In this document: positions 28,852-42,422 of the stretch, piece after piece
Numbering within the stretch: position 1 is the first letter of the stretch
Layout of the letters: each line of letters begins with the position of its first letter
Assembly: GCA_030704615.1 (NCBI GenBank)
Contig: CM060733.1
Location: 47,554,001 to 47,618,000, forward strand
DNA length: 64,000 nt
Direction: 5' to 3'
Origin: Takakia lepidozioides
Lineage: Eukaryota; Plantae; Bryophyta
Made by a program: the position numbers and the translations under genes
The notes under the pieces: model-generated
What the model saw: only the letters and a program-made list of their open reading frames with translations
Databases searched by the model: none
What the model was told of the DNA's origin: nothing

Positions 28852-29999
28852 GCTCTAGAATGATATGCTGGAACTAGTGTCTACAGAATGGTAGGAGTTA
28901 ACCATTCCAGGATTTCTTCGCCCATGCAATTAATGGTGTCCAAGTCTGCATCCAGACCTGGCTAGTTCCCAAAGTTATCGTTGGAATGAAGGAGCAATGT
29001 TGCAAGATGAGATACAAACCTACCTGTTGCTCTTGGGTGAAACAACAAAACACTTAAAGAAACACAGTATGATCAATGTATCCTTCAAATTCCCAGCAGC
29101 CTCCATCCATCTGATGTGTATGTGACTAGTGATGCCCAGATCCTGACTGTGTGAGATACTCAGTGAATTGGCAGCTATGTGGAGGTAGAAATCTGTCTTT
29201 GGGTGAAGACTACTCCCTCTGAGTTTGAAGCATCGACCCCGTTCTGATGGTGGGTACTAGGTATCTCCTCTTCAATTCTGGAATCCCGATCTGAACTATC
29301 TGACAACGGGATTCGTCTTTCGATCAATGACCTACGAGAGGTTCTGAACTTGGAGCTTGGGATCTGATTGCACTTCAATCCCTGGGTGCTACCGCGAATA
29401 GATTTTCAGGCCTCTTACGATGTACCCGGTGACATCGAAGTTAGACATTACCGAACATCCAGGTCATCCGACCTTGATCTAGTATTTGCTAAACTATTGC
29501 AAATATGAGAGTAAACCAGACAAAATCATTGTCCTCACAATATCACGATTCTACATTGAGTCAGTAGCACAGTGAGCACAATGAGCAACAACATAGAGAA
29601 ACCTCGCCTAGATTAAACTAGTTCGAAAGGCGGGAAGAACTATCTAAACGAATAAAAGTAGTTGGCATCCTGGTGTTTAGGTCTGTTGACCAACTCAGCT
29701 TGAGACAGGTAGGAAAGCACCACTTTTGCTTTGAACGTCTTCTGTGGTGATGAATCTGTTGTTTTGCAGGCCTGTTGTGTTTCCACCTTTGAACACATTC
29801 CCTTTGTATTTAGATGAAGATAGTACATAAGTAGGGTAACGCAAAAACGTTAATCACAGCTAAGGGAACAAGTGAGCTTGGCACCTTAGAGGCATTACCA
29901 CTGCCTATGTTCTTAGAGGGCCTACCCGAAAGGGGCTGTACGACGCCTGTGTTCTTATAGGGCAAGGCGAAGTGGCCTGAGTCTTTTCTCTCTCTAAGC

Positions 30000-32365
30000 T
30001 TAGGCTGAAGCAAGGCTGCAATAGCTTTTGATTGCGGGAAAGCGAGGTGTGGCAGTAGCAATGGATGAGGTTTTGCACTGGGTCACATACCCAGGTCCTT
30101 CGGTCACGTCTATCTCATGGGGAGCTATGCCTGGAGGAGGTGTCCAATTGAAAGCGTGAACAAGAGAGGTCACAATGTGTGGCAACGTACTCATTGCCAG
30201 TGTAGTGCCAAGGCAAGCGCGCCTGCCATTGCTGAAGGGGAAAAAGTGGGGGTTCCCTATCACATTCACATCGGATCCCAAAAGCCGCTCAGGTAAGAAT
30301 TCGAATGGGTTTGACCACATCGTTGGATCCGTGTTAATGGCCCAGATGTTGAGGAGTACGGTCGTGTTTGTGGGGATTGTATAACCGAACACGCTTGTCT
30401 CCTTCTCATTCATGTGTGGTAGCGCCAGTGGGAGTATAGGGTGAAGACGCAACGTCTCTTTGATCACAGCCTGCAAAGAGTGAACTTCAGCTCCATAAAG
30501 AATTCCACGCGTTCTGGACGGCAAGGGTCATGGTCCTGTCCCTCAAAGACATCTAGATTCATCGATAACTTCTGAAACATGAAAGGAGATTGCTGGTCCT
30601 TTGTTAACAACACCTTCTTTTCTCTCAGAATGCATCATTCTCTGGAGTACAAAGGAATTCATACCAGCAAGTAGGGCATATTCGACCCATCGGTGTCTTC
30701 CGCGGAGCGTTCTACACCAACAATACTGTCGACTTCTGTTTGCAACTTGTGCATCATGCTGGGGTGCCGAATTAGCTCTGCAAATATATACTCTAACGTC
30801 GCAGCTGTGGTATCCTTTCCCGCAGCTATTATTCCTGCACTCGAAGGTGGTCATTTTAGTGTGCTGCAAGAGTTCATGTACGACAAAACGAAGGTTTTGA
30901 ACGTGCCAACAGACCATTCCAGAAAGTTACTAGCCCGACGCAGACTCATCAACTTGCTTGGAAGCAGAAGAATCCTCCGGAACTACAAATTGTACACAGA
31001 AAAGTTGCCCCCCACTTGACAGTCCCCGTGGGTATCGCCACCAAGGAGGACAGAAATTCGTGTGTGTTTTTTTCGAAACTGAAGAGACACTTCTTAATTT
31101 ACTGCCCTCTTTACTGTGAGAACCGTTGGAGATGCCACCTCTGTTCCGTGAAACCCGATCTCTCACGGTAGTCTTCATACAATGAGGATCACAAATGCTT
31201 GGCAGCTTTTTTGCAAGAAAGCTTTGACCCTAAGGCAATCCCTTGAGCACTAGTTGCTTTTGGGCTGCTTCTGGCTTCACTCTGTCTATTATTCTTTCTT
31301 GTTTCTTGCTCTCCTTTTGTCCCACAAGCTCTTTGAGTTTGTAGTATGCTTATAAAGCTCCATTTCATTATTCTCCAAGCAAATTTATCAATCTTGAAGT
31401 TCGTATGTACTTACAAAAAGAATGGAGCTGATGCAGGTGTCAGAAAGGCGATTTTCTCCATCCAAAGACAATAGAGTGGCTACAATGCCGGTGGTTGTCG
31501 CCTTTTCAGAGGGTTTCCGGCACTCCTCAAGTATATTTTTATTGAGCTCATCTACCTGAGGCTTCACCTTCCTGTATCCAGATCTCAGGCCTTGCAAGTC
31601 GAAGGGTCTCAGCATGGGTATCATGTCCCCGATGTTCACGGTTTGACCGAGTTCTACCACTTGTGAGAAGACAAATTTGAACTTTTCCAGCATGTGCTTG
31701 TTTTCGGGATCACTAAGTCGGTTGCCGAATAGAAGCCGACACATATTATTCATGGTGAGCGTGTGTAGGATAGACCTCAGATCCACCAATTTCCCCAGCT
31801 GCGCCATATTTTAGATAGACCCCACAGCTTCTGCAATTTCTTCCTTCCTCATATCGCCCAGTGCCTTGACTTTTCCAGAGTTGAAAAGATCAGCCTTGCA
31901 GACTTTGCGGACCTCCATTATAGGCGCCCCATATGAAGAGGTGCCAAAAGACCAGTCTCGGATCCCCTGGTAGCGGCACTCCTTGAGAGTTTTCAAGATG
32001 GTGGAGTGCGGTCTGTTGGCAAAGATAGCATCTACCTTGAAATACTCTTTGGCCATCTCTGCATCGGACACTACTAGAACAGGAAGAGAACCAAAGTGCA
32101 TGAGGAAGAGGGGCCCATACTTTTTTGCCAAGGCTGTTAAAGACTGATGTGGAACGGTGCCTAAAAGGAACAGGTTGCCCACTATGGGCCAGCTCCAAGG
32201 CCCTGGGGGAAGCTTCCTACGATCCTGTTTCATCCAAAAGATCACAAGTAAAGTGGCGCCTAGAATCACAGAGGTCCAGCTGATCTGCCACCCATCCCCT
32301 CTTTGCAATGCAGACTTCCACCCCCCCATCCACTTATCACTCATGTTGCACCAACAAGCTTCCAA
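30000..32365 (-). pseudogene. Cytochrome P450, CYP71 clan, probably disabled (3 exons)
   Basis: LPPGPWSWPIVGNL; I-helix IIAAGKDTTA (~30830-30800); KETLRLHP; PERL; heme FSNGRRACLG. In-frame TAA at 31811-31813, and exon 2 appears one base short at the acceptor (~30835). Confidence 0.85.
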
Positions 32366-32583
32366 GCTCCGGAGGACGTAACCCTCAGCTCAATTTATAA
32401 GTCCTTCTCTCTGCAATTCCCTCGGCCCCTCTTCCTTGCTATCCTCTCTTTGAACCTGAGCGTCTGCATTCATGACTAATCTAGTGTACACAGCAGCCAG
32501 TCCGAACATGAAATACTACATGCCAGTGAGGGTTAATCAGCACAGGTGTAAGTTCCTCAAAACAATGTAAGTTCCTCAAAAGC

Positions 32584-33375
32584 CTATTGACATTCAGCTG
32601 TCCATGCAAACACTGCATCTTTCTTCAGAAGCTTGCTCAATGGTGCTGTTATTTGTGCATATCTTTTGACAAATCTTCTGTAATAACTGGTTTGCCCAAG
32701 GAATCTCCTTAGACTCTTAACATTTACTGGTGGTGGAGAGGCTTTAATGGCCTCTGTCTTCCTGGGATCCCCAAGAAGTCCCCTCTTACACACAATGTGT
32801 CCCAGAAGCACCCCTGAGTTCACACAGAAAGTACATTTATCTGGATTCAGGCCCAGACCTCTCATTCTGCATCTGGCCAGACATAACTCCATCTTATGCA
32901 AGTGCTCATTCTTAGAGCTGTACACACTGAAATCATCCAAGAATACCTGCATGAAATCATCCAGATACTCATGAAAAGATTCACTTATCACTCTATGAAA
33001 GGTTGCTGGTGCATTACAAAGTCCAAAGGGCATGACTTTGTATGCATAAACACCCCAGTCTGTGATGAAAGTTGTCTTTCCCTGGTCTTCTTTTGTCACT
33101 TGCACTTGATTATAACCACTGAAGCCATCCATGAATGAGTACATCTCATGGCCTGACACAGTGTCCAATACTGCTTCTGTGAATGGCAAGGGGAATGGAT
33201 CCTTCTTCGTGCAAGCATTCAACTTCTTATAGTTCACACAAACTCTTAATTTACCATTCTTCTTGGGAACTATCACAATGGGTGACAACCAAGTTGTATA
33301 CTCTATTGGGTATATAAACTTAGCCTCAGCTAACTTCTTGATCTCTTCTCCAACCTTCTGTGCATGGGGTTGCAC
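32584..33375 (-). mobile_element. Ty3/gypsy reverse transcriptase fragment
   Basis: WLSPIVIVPKKNGKLRVCVNYKKLN, DPFPLP, DGFSGYNQV, MPFGLCNAPATF, FLDDF, FLGQTSYYRRFV; truncated at both ends. Confidence 0.95.
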
Positions 33376-33623
33376 ATCTCCACTACAGAGCAAGTAGTGG
33401 CAGAAATTGAGTAGGGTGACCTTATGAAAACTCTGGCATGGTCGGAGAACCAATAGTACAAAGTCTGCCTAAGGAAATCCCTGCTGTGCAGGTTATGCCC
33501 AAACCTGTGGCGGAGGTTAAAGGGGTAAAGCATAAGGGTACTGCAGCACATGTGGAGGATGAGGTGACTCAAGAAGAAGATCTTGTGGGATCATGGCCTG
33601 ACTAGTTTGTGAAACATCAAACT

Positions 33624-34045
33624 ATGGAGGATCAGGTAGAACAGCAGCAAGTTCTCCATGAAGACCCACAGCAGGCCATGCTTATGAGTTCCATAAGCAA
33701 AACTCTCAACCTATTGGGCACCTATGTCAAGAGTCATGTTCCTTCCACACAATTTGTAGCATTGCGGGAGGAGCTCAAGCAAGAGTTTGAGGCAAGAATT
33801 GTCACTGAGTGTGCAAACAAGGTGGATATGGAGGCCAATCTCAAGTTGCAGAAAGAGTTGGAGGATACTAAATCTGCCCTACAGCTTGCGAAGGAAAATT
33901 TGATTGAAACAGGTCTGGAGCAGGAGAAGTTGCATGAAGTACATAAGCAACAGCTATACCAATTGCAGGTTAAGCATGAAGGCAAGTTGCAGGAAGTGAA
34001 GTTGCTTCATATAGAATTGGAAGCAGTCCATCAGACTATTTTTGC
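33624..34045 (+). other. Coiled-coil ORF fragment adjacent and antisense to the Ty3 RT
   Basis: E/Q/K/L heptad-rich reading frame whose composition changes abruptly at ~34045. Confidence 0.35.
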
Positions 34046-34169
34046 ATTCTTATTGTGCTTTCGGGAACCTTCGTTTTATGGTTTGGTTCTATGTCATAAA
34101 TATGGAAAATGCGGACATCTGTCGTCAATAAAAAAAAATAGGAAGGTGAATGCGTCCACAAATGCCACG

Positions 34170-35815
34170 GCAGTCACAGTCTTCTAGGATGGGGGTTCTT
34201 CGACCTTGTCATAGGCCGTGAACGGTGGGTGGAAGACATTCCCACAGCCTCCCGCACAGGCTGGACATATGGTGGTCGTGCATAGGGGAGGCCATGTCAT
34301 GCTCGGCCTTCCAGCTCTGCCATGACCAAGTTGCAAATTTGTTGTCTCTTTGCAACAGCAGCCTCAAGAGGAAACCAATCCTGGTTTAGCTGCAAACAAT
34401 ATGCGAGTGGCATCAAGGTTGTATGTGCATGAAGAAAATGTGGAAGGACATAAACGGCACCCGTGCACAATTGCCAAGAGGAATGCGAGTCAGACCATGG
34501 AGGTTCGACTGAGTGCTTACCAGACCTGCACCACCCGACACAGGGTTCACGAAGCATTGGTCAAGGTACAAGTCAAATGTAATGAGATGTGAAGAGGCCA
34601 CATTCCCATGTGGAGGATTGCTGGGGAACTGGGGGGAACACCCATCACATAGGATCGGTGGCCTCCACCCACCTTGGGTCTGGAGGGTAGAATCCTCTTA
34701 CCATAGCCCAGAATCTAGCAAACAGTGGCTTCAACCTCTTGTGTTTGTGCATGTTTTTAATGCTATTCAAGTGAAGGTGGCATGGGTTCCATTATAACGA
34801 CACTCCAATGGTTGCTGCACAATACATGCAGACTTTCAGCATCGTCATATCCACGAAACACACGATTCCACATGCAAAATGCGTATGGAAGCGAGACAAA
34901 GGGGCATGGTGTGCAGAAAACTCACTCAGAAGTAACAGGAACAATGAGCGTTTCCACACCAACACAATTCAGAGTAGGGAATCGTCTGTCCATCCAAGTC
35001 TGTATGGACTCAACTGTTGTCCCATATGCACTGCAATGGTCCCGAAGACAAATCCAAGTGAAACTGTCTAGAAAACGCACTTTACTGCGTATAGTGGTAG
35101 GGAGGGAAAGTGTTTTGCAAGAAACCCAAAAGTCCATGAGGCGGTCGCTTGTCTAGCCCCTTGCATGCACCAGGACATCTGCATCTTCTAGTCTAAGAGG
35201 GATCTGAGGGGAGAATGCATCTTGCATAAACCATATGTCTGTCGTTGGTCGGACAAACGCACCATAGGCAATCCTGAAAACACACACCACATATGCGTTT
35301 AAGGTAAATGCGCATGGTCAATGACAATGCTGGTGCAATTCGCAAGAGGATTTGAAGGTATACCATATCATTACTGTAAAGAAGGGTGCACGGGCGTTGA
35401 ACTCACAATACTTTTTCCATCTCGCTATGTATCCTACACAGTGCCGAGGAACCATAAGAATTCACGCGCACATGCAAGCGCTCGTGCAACAGTACACATA
35501 CAGAAAAACATGTTACATGCAGGAATACAAATGCTTACCTCTTCCTCGTTTTAGTTCGTTGGCTTGGAACTACAAGTACAACATTGGGTGGAACCTCATC
35601 TGGAGAATGGTGCATTGCATCACTCGCGCTATCAGTTTTTTATAATTATTAGGCGCAAAAATGCCTAATCGGTTGATAAGGGACAGTATCCCTGATCTCA
35701 ATGTGGTGGACGAGGTACATGGAGAGATCATGAGGACTAGTGAGGATGATGAATATGACGACATTGTGGAGTCCATGCAAGGGCCTTTCAAAGTTACATG
35801 GAGCTCTCGCAAATA
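34170..35815 (-). pseudogene. Transposon-borne Ulp1-like (C48) protease with C-terminal PHD-like finger
   Basis: LEDADVLVHARG*TSDRLMDFW (TAG 35153-35155 at the conserved W); VRFLDSFTW; LIVPV | NHWSVVIM (~34810); HLNS; PQQSSTWECGLF (~34625-34595); then C-x-ACAGGCGNVFH (~34270-34230). GT-AG introns. Confidence 0.75.
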
Positions 35816-36961
35816 GATTGCGATTAGTGGGAAGTTATTTCTGCACGCATATATTTGTATTGATTTTTGTTCAAAGAAATTTTGATCTTATTACAAACAA
35901 CATGAGAAGAGGCTTGCAAGTTTTTTGGTGGAATTTTTGGGCATTAGGCACTTTGGTCCCATAATTTCCCAACAATTAGGCCAAAATCTGAAAAATTCAC
36001 AGAATTGATTAGGCAATTTCATTTTGAATATAATTATTGTCTAATCCGTTGTCCAGGACGGTATTATCTCTGGTCATCCAAAGGCCAAGCAGAGAAACAA
36101 GCTTCTATTTAAAACATATATGAGTATTTTAAAAAAGAATATTCTGTCACAAATTCCCTGTCTTTTCATGGATGAAATCACCAAATTTCTCCAAATACAA
36201 AATAAATTATGGATGAATTTTCCAAATATGGATGATACAATAGATTAAAGTATGGAGGTAGATGATTCAAGCCATCATCGCATCCCATGGAACCTGTCCC
36301 CTCAAACACAGGTTGCCATGATGCAGACATCGCGGAAAGCACAAAAAACAGTAAACACAGTTCGATCGGACCAGCCTGCAATGTGGCTCCTCGGTCAAGA
36401 TACTGTAACTTGCACTTGCAATGCCGCAAATGAAGACAATGGAATACAGAAGCAGGTCCAAATCGAGAAAGTGCGCAATACGGAGATACAGTGCAGCCAG
36501 GCCGTGTGCAGGTGCAGAATGTTCACTGTCACCTGTGGGCTACGCAATGGAGCGAGGGAACACAGTACAAATCGAGCGAGGTAACATGTAAGAACGGGAA
36601 GGAAACACGAAAACACAGCAGGACAAATGCTGATGAGTGAACGAGGAGAGGAACGCAATATGTACGACTGGTGCAAAGTGCTGGAGTCACACAGGGCAAG
36701 GTGGCGGGGAAGAGGGAGGTCGTGCGGGAAAATTGAAACTTCATTTTCACCTACATAGGGTTTGAACCCCAGGCTGAACTGTCGTGCCTCCCACTCCGCC
36801 GAGCCTTTTTCTAGGACTATGCGGGAGTGTGTGTTTTCTGCTAAGGCGCTGGCTCCTTCGGTGGCCTGTAACGTTACAGTGCTACGCTGTGAAGTGCGTA
36901 CTTGTTTACATTACATCAGTGCTTCACAACATTTCCAGTTTTGACGGTGTCTCCCCACAAA

Positions 36962-37640
36962 ATGCCTTACATTTCAGCTGCTTTGGCTTCCACTCTGCAG
37001 GTTACTATGAAGGATGCCAGGGACATTTCGGAGTCCCTGCACCCGACAAAGGTGGGGACACGCACTCTACTTGCAAGCATACTTTTCGGGCCTGCAATGG
37101 CGAAAGAGGTACGACCTGATGGCATTGTAGTCATCCACAAGGGGAATGCCCCCAAGTCATATGGCATTGAGTACATCACCATGGGCGTCCCTCTTGCCAT
37201 ATGGAATGTGGTGGCTAGTGCAGGTGAGGACAGTGGGTTCAATGTAGACAGGACAAAGAGAGCACAAATTTCGGGGGAGCGTGTGTGGATGGAGGTGAAC
37301 ATTCGGGAGGGGCAGGATAGGTTTTGGGTTGTGGAGGCAGATGACTCCAATGTACTTCAGAAGGCACCTGTTTCCAATTTGAGGAAGTGTTTGGATCGTG
37401 TTGGGAGTAGCTTGCTCGTGAAGGGCACATTCACCATGCGCTTCAGAAGCACCAGAGATTGTGCCCTGGTCCGTGGGCATCACCCCCACTGAAGCTTTCA
37501 CGATGGACAAGACGGACTTTGTGGAGAAAACAAGCTTGGAGGAAGTGACTGAGAACTTGGCTGCCTTGAGGGTCAGTCCAGCTCTGTCTGTGTTGTTGAA
37601 GGGAGGGAGTGGAAGTGGAAGTGGGAGTGCAAGACCATGA
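36962..37640 (+). CDS. Orphan cargo ORF inside the MULE (frameshift near 37485)
   Basis: ~175 open codons with alternating beta/alpha pattern; continues as TEAFTMDKTDFVEKTSLEEV in another frame. Confidence 0.45.
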
Positions 37641-40600
37641 AAAACAGGCTCATGAATGTTCCTCGTACAGTGCCTCTGGATTGAGGTACAATGTCCATGT
37701 CTCTTCGCCAGAGGTGGAATGATGCAAGGGGCACAATGTTATTTTGTCCCGCTTTAGTTTTGTTTTTTGTTTCAAGTGCACATGAAGTACAACATCCATT
37801 TTTGCAAAGGTCGCATATTTGCATTGCTGAGTGTGATGCAGTGCATAGATGAATGGTGCCATGTTGAAACTTTGTTGCATTGCTTGTGAACAACAAAATT
37901 GTTGGCACAAATGAAGCACAGCTAACAATATTGTTCGCTGGCTACTGTGCCCGGTAGAATAAGGTGAAGGTTGCACATGTTCGGTTGGGTAATAGGGGTG
38001 TAGTGTGAAAAGAAGGGGGCACAAATCACCTTATGTGTAATTCTAACTTTACTTCTTCTAGTGAAAAGAACAACCTAGCAATCAACCAACGGCACACGGT
38101 TATGGATTTCCTTCCTATTGTTCATGATCAGAGTTCATACATCCTCATCCACGCCGCAACGGAAGAGAAAACATGGATGGGGATTGAATCCTTCTTGTTC
38201 ATGATTTGCACAATTTTTATACAATTGCAGCACCAATGGTGCTGCTGTGATGTTTTTAGTGATACAACCAGCCCTATGACGGAGCTAATGGCAGCCTATG
38301 TGGACATCACCCTTGAGCAATACACGTCGAAACCCCTTTGTAATGAGATCACTGATAGAAGGAAGCAACTCAGATCTGCCATGAACTACAGGCCTAGTGA
38401 TTCTCTACAAATGTCATGGTTTTTCCTCTATCTCCCAGTTGACCATCCATCATTACCCCTTTACTGAACAGCTCTCTCCCTTCCCAAACCTTTTCTCTCT
38501 CCTTTCTTCTGTAAAAATCCCTGGTTCATTTTCTTCCAACCAACAGCCTATCTACATGCAATGCAAACACATTCAGCCACGTATCCAGTGAATCCAGTCT
38601 TGGAATTAAACCTTAGTCACACAAGACATAATCAGCTCCTTCATCAGTCTTTCTCTCACCCAAAACATGCCCTTCCCACTGTTTGCCTCCAGAGACAACC
38701 CAGTTTGTCAGTCAGTTCCCAACCCTTCTATAAATCTGCACCTACACACCCCAACAGCTCACTTTTGCACTTTAAGATTTGAACCAACAAAGTTCAAATG
38801 CTAAGTCCACTCTGAACCAATTCTAAACTCAACATCAGTGTCAGTTTGCAGCCCCATCTCACCTCCAGTAATTAAACTTGGAATTTGATTGCCTTACAGT
38901 GTGCAAGCATATTCATTTAATGTGCCCTACTCTTTGTATGCAGCCATCCATGCCTTCCTCTTTCTGATTTCAAGGAAATCATAGCTAACCCTCACTAGTG
39001 CTCACATCAACTACACTGGATTGCATTTACATCTAATCATCAAAATCCCAGAGCCGCATTGTATGCAGATTCATGATACTGAAGCCAAAGGAACAAAAAC
39101 AAAACAAACAGCAAGCATTCTGTCACTGTGGGTGAACTACATCTGCCCTCAATCAGCACTCCTACAGACATGTGCATCAGATCCATTCATCTCCACCACA
39201 TCCTAGTTTGAAGTCCAGAGTCTCCATTCCATTTTTCAAAGTCCTTTTCATGTCCTCATCACTCTCTCAGTTTGAGAGTCTCTACCAAAATTTCACAGCA
39301 ACTATTCCTAAGTGCCAAAAAAAGAAGCCCGGTATCTGCGAACTTAGCTGTCTTATACTCCAAGTGAAGCGGTGGGTTTGCTTGCCCAAAAATGGCACCT
39401 CACCATCTCTGTCAGCAGCTACCCTAACTCCTCTTGTCATCTGAATGCCACGTTGTAAAAACAAAGATCTATGCATGTCAGATCCTGTCATTGCTCTGCC
39501 ACTCTACCTTTCAGATATTCGTCGATTCAAGCGTTCAGTGAGCCATAATGGCTCTGCTTCAGCCCATGGCAGCAACCCTGTCGCTTGCCAACTAACTACC
39601 CTATCCCACCATCTCTGCTAATCTACCCTAAGATCTGATATGATCTTATAACAAGAAGACAATCATCATCTGAAAGCTTCTTGCTCTGTACATTTCACTC
39701 TTTGCCTCCTTATTCATAGATAACCTGATTCACTATCCACAAGCCAATGCCCTCATTCTGGCGATTGCACCAGTCAACATGTGGCCAAGTCAGTAATCCC
39801 ATCGCTGCCCATCATCTGGCAGCAATTGCTTCTCCCACAAGTGCAGCTTTCAATAATCGCACCTGAATACAATGGCGGCAGTATCAGTTTGCACACCCTA
39901 CCTCTGGCGGATGCTCGTCATGTCGAGCTGCTCCTTCACCTTAACTAGCTTTGATTGTGCCAGCAACCCCACCTTCCTGTTCCCTGGCAGCAGGCTGTTT
40001 CCCTTGCAAGCTCATCCTCCCTGTCATCGTGGTCATGAGAGTAACGACGGCACTGCCGCCCCTCCACCGAACTACTTTCCCCGCAACTACACCTTCAGAG
40101 GTCGAATCACAGGCGGCACCGCCTCTATGCCTTCATTACTTCTGTCAGTAGCACATGATATTACTTCCCTTGCCCTTCATGAATCGTCCTGCAACACTCC
40201 CTTTCTTCAAAGCTATGAAACGATTACTACACCGCCTTCCTTCACCTGGCTTGAGCACAAATTACCTAGTTGTTCCCTGCACGATTATCCTCTAGCAAGC
40301 CCTAAGCTACCCATTCACCATAGCAGCGACGACACCGCCTGTTAACTGATTGCTTCATCGCATGCCACGCCGATCTCCCTGTAAGCATATCCTCCAGAAA
40401 TCGATCATTACCAAGAAGATGGCGGCACCGCTTCCCCTGCTGCACAGATTACCAAGCTGTGCCCTTATCCTCTACATTAATACTTCCCTTAATGCAAGCC
40501 AAAATGCCCTAGCGTAGATGCAATCGCCCTTGACAGAATGCCCTGCTAAATCCACTGTTCGCAGCATCTGCTCAGAGCCCCCGTCATCTTCCCCTTTGTC

Positions 40601-42422
40601 TTCCTCGTCCCGCGTTTCTAGGGTAACCGCCAGTGATGAAAGTCATCCACTTTCACAAACGGAAAATGTGGTAGGTTTCATTAACAGAATCAATCACAAA
40701 TTCATTGCATCCTTGGCGCTAGATCCTTTGTCCTCGTTCCTGGGAGTCGTCTAGTAAGCATGGATGTAATCCATTCATCGTCCGGATCAAAATACGCCTG
40801 GTCACGACTTAGCCACTTTCATCCTGGCAAAGTATCAGCATAGTGTGCCCATGAAATAACCTGTAGGCAGGGATGAATTCCGTCCATAGCATGTATGAAA
40901 CAAATTGAGCATTTTCATCCTGGCCAAGAGTTCCCCATCGTTCCCATGATGCAACCTAGAATCATGTATGGAATAAATTGCAGGGACAACTCAACCTATT
41001 TTCACATTGGTACCAGGGCCCTTTCTTTGTAGAAATGCAGAATCTCAGTGAGTAAAAACAAAAATTTCAATGTCACTCCCCTGCATTCACACTACAGGGG
41101 TAGCACGTGTATGCTCTGCAGCCTAATTCCAAACATGAAACAGCACAGTAATGATGTGAGAGTTGTGGAGGACATCTGCCTCATCCGTTCGTCCGTGCGA
41201 AGTACCTTGAATTGAAGACTGTGCCTATTGACTGTGCTTATGTTCCCATCTGTCCAACAACTCCATGTTTATAGTCCATGCTATGTGTAAGGTCATTGCA
41301 GGTTGTGGCAATGATGTCTGACTTTGAGATATACACTTCAATGGTCTTACAAGAAGCACTGATTTGTGTGTTGAAACACCACATTGCACTGCCAAGAGCC
41401 ATGCTGACTGGAAACTGTGCTGGCAGGCTTAAAGCAACATCCACCAAGAATGACAACTTTGTAGTATATATGGTAAACGACCATGAATGGACTGGGAGAT
41501 CCACAACCACAGTCAAAGAAGCCTTTGAAGCATTGTATGTTGAAAGAGGAACCAATTAAGTGTGGGAAACAAAGTAGAGCATGGATAGACATAGTTCTTT
41601 TGGTGGAATGACGAAACCAGGGAGTGGTAGAGGTGAAATTGTAAAGACAAGTCATTGTCACATGAAATGCAAAACAACTACTTCAGAGAAAGTGTCGTAT
41701 TGGAAAGCTCAAAGTATTTCGCATGTCATCACGAGAAACTTTGGATACTAAGCAAGACGAGGCTCCTGTCACTTCACAGCTGCATCGAAGTGCAAACGAA
41801 CAAAACAAAGACGCATGAAATGAGTGTAACGTGAAGACTGTGTCCAAAACTGGAATCCCAAACAGACTACGAGATGTATGTCACAGCATTGAGAATAGTG
41901 GCCCAAAGCATACAAGAAAGATGTGCGGTGCGCCAGCAACAAAAGTACCCGTTGTATTTGCAGGGGTGGTTGCCTGTTAAGTAAATTGAATGCATATTTT
42001 CCATAGCTCACAAATGCAGCACCACCTTCCTCGAAAAATGGAAGGCCGTGTCTGTGCTGGTATTTCAGTGCAAACATACATTGCATGAAGGGAAGATATA
42101 CAAGGGAAGACATGAAGGGAAAATATACATGTGGGGCACATGAAGTTCTCTGAAATAAAGTACAAACTGACACCCACTATCCTTACGAAAACATACATAC
42201 AGTGATAGGCAATGACAAAGTCCGGACATATTATTTTGCAAACAGGGAACTGCCTTACAAATTCATGTGCACAAGGCACATGTCATGACCAGAAGAACCA
42301 AACACAAACATATTGCACTTTGAACATGTGCAGCAGATGAGATGTAGGGTCCATTACACCACATTGGACCTATCATTGTTTTGACATTGCTATTGTATAT
42401 ATGTAGCACTAGCACGCTTGTA

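Noticed and set aside
29455-29483. Helitron 3' end (AGGTC-ATCC-GACCT..CTAG|T)
   Set aside because: The stem is only 5 bp and too close to CTAG; no 5' end identified.
38390-40780. Retrotransposon gag/pol or gene in this block (including ORF 39872-40345)
   Set aside because: No recognisable motif in the frames I read; left as an unidentified degenerate insertion.
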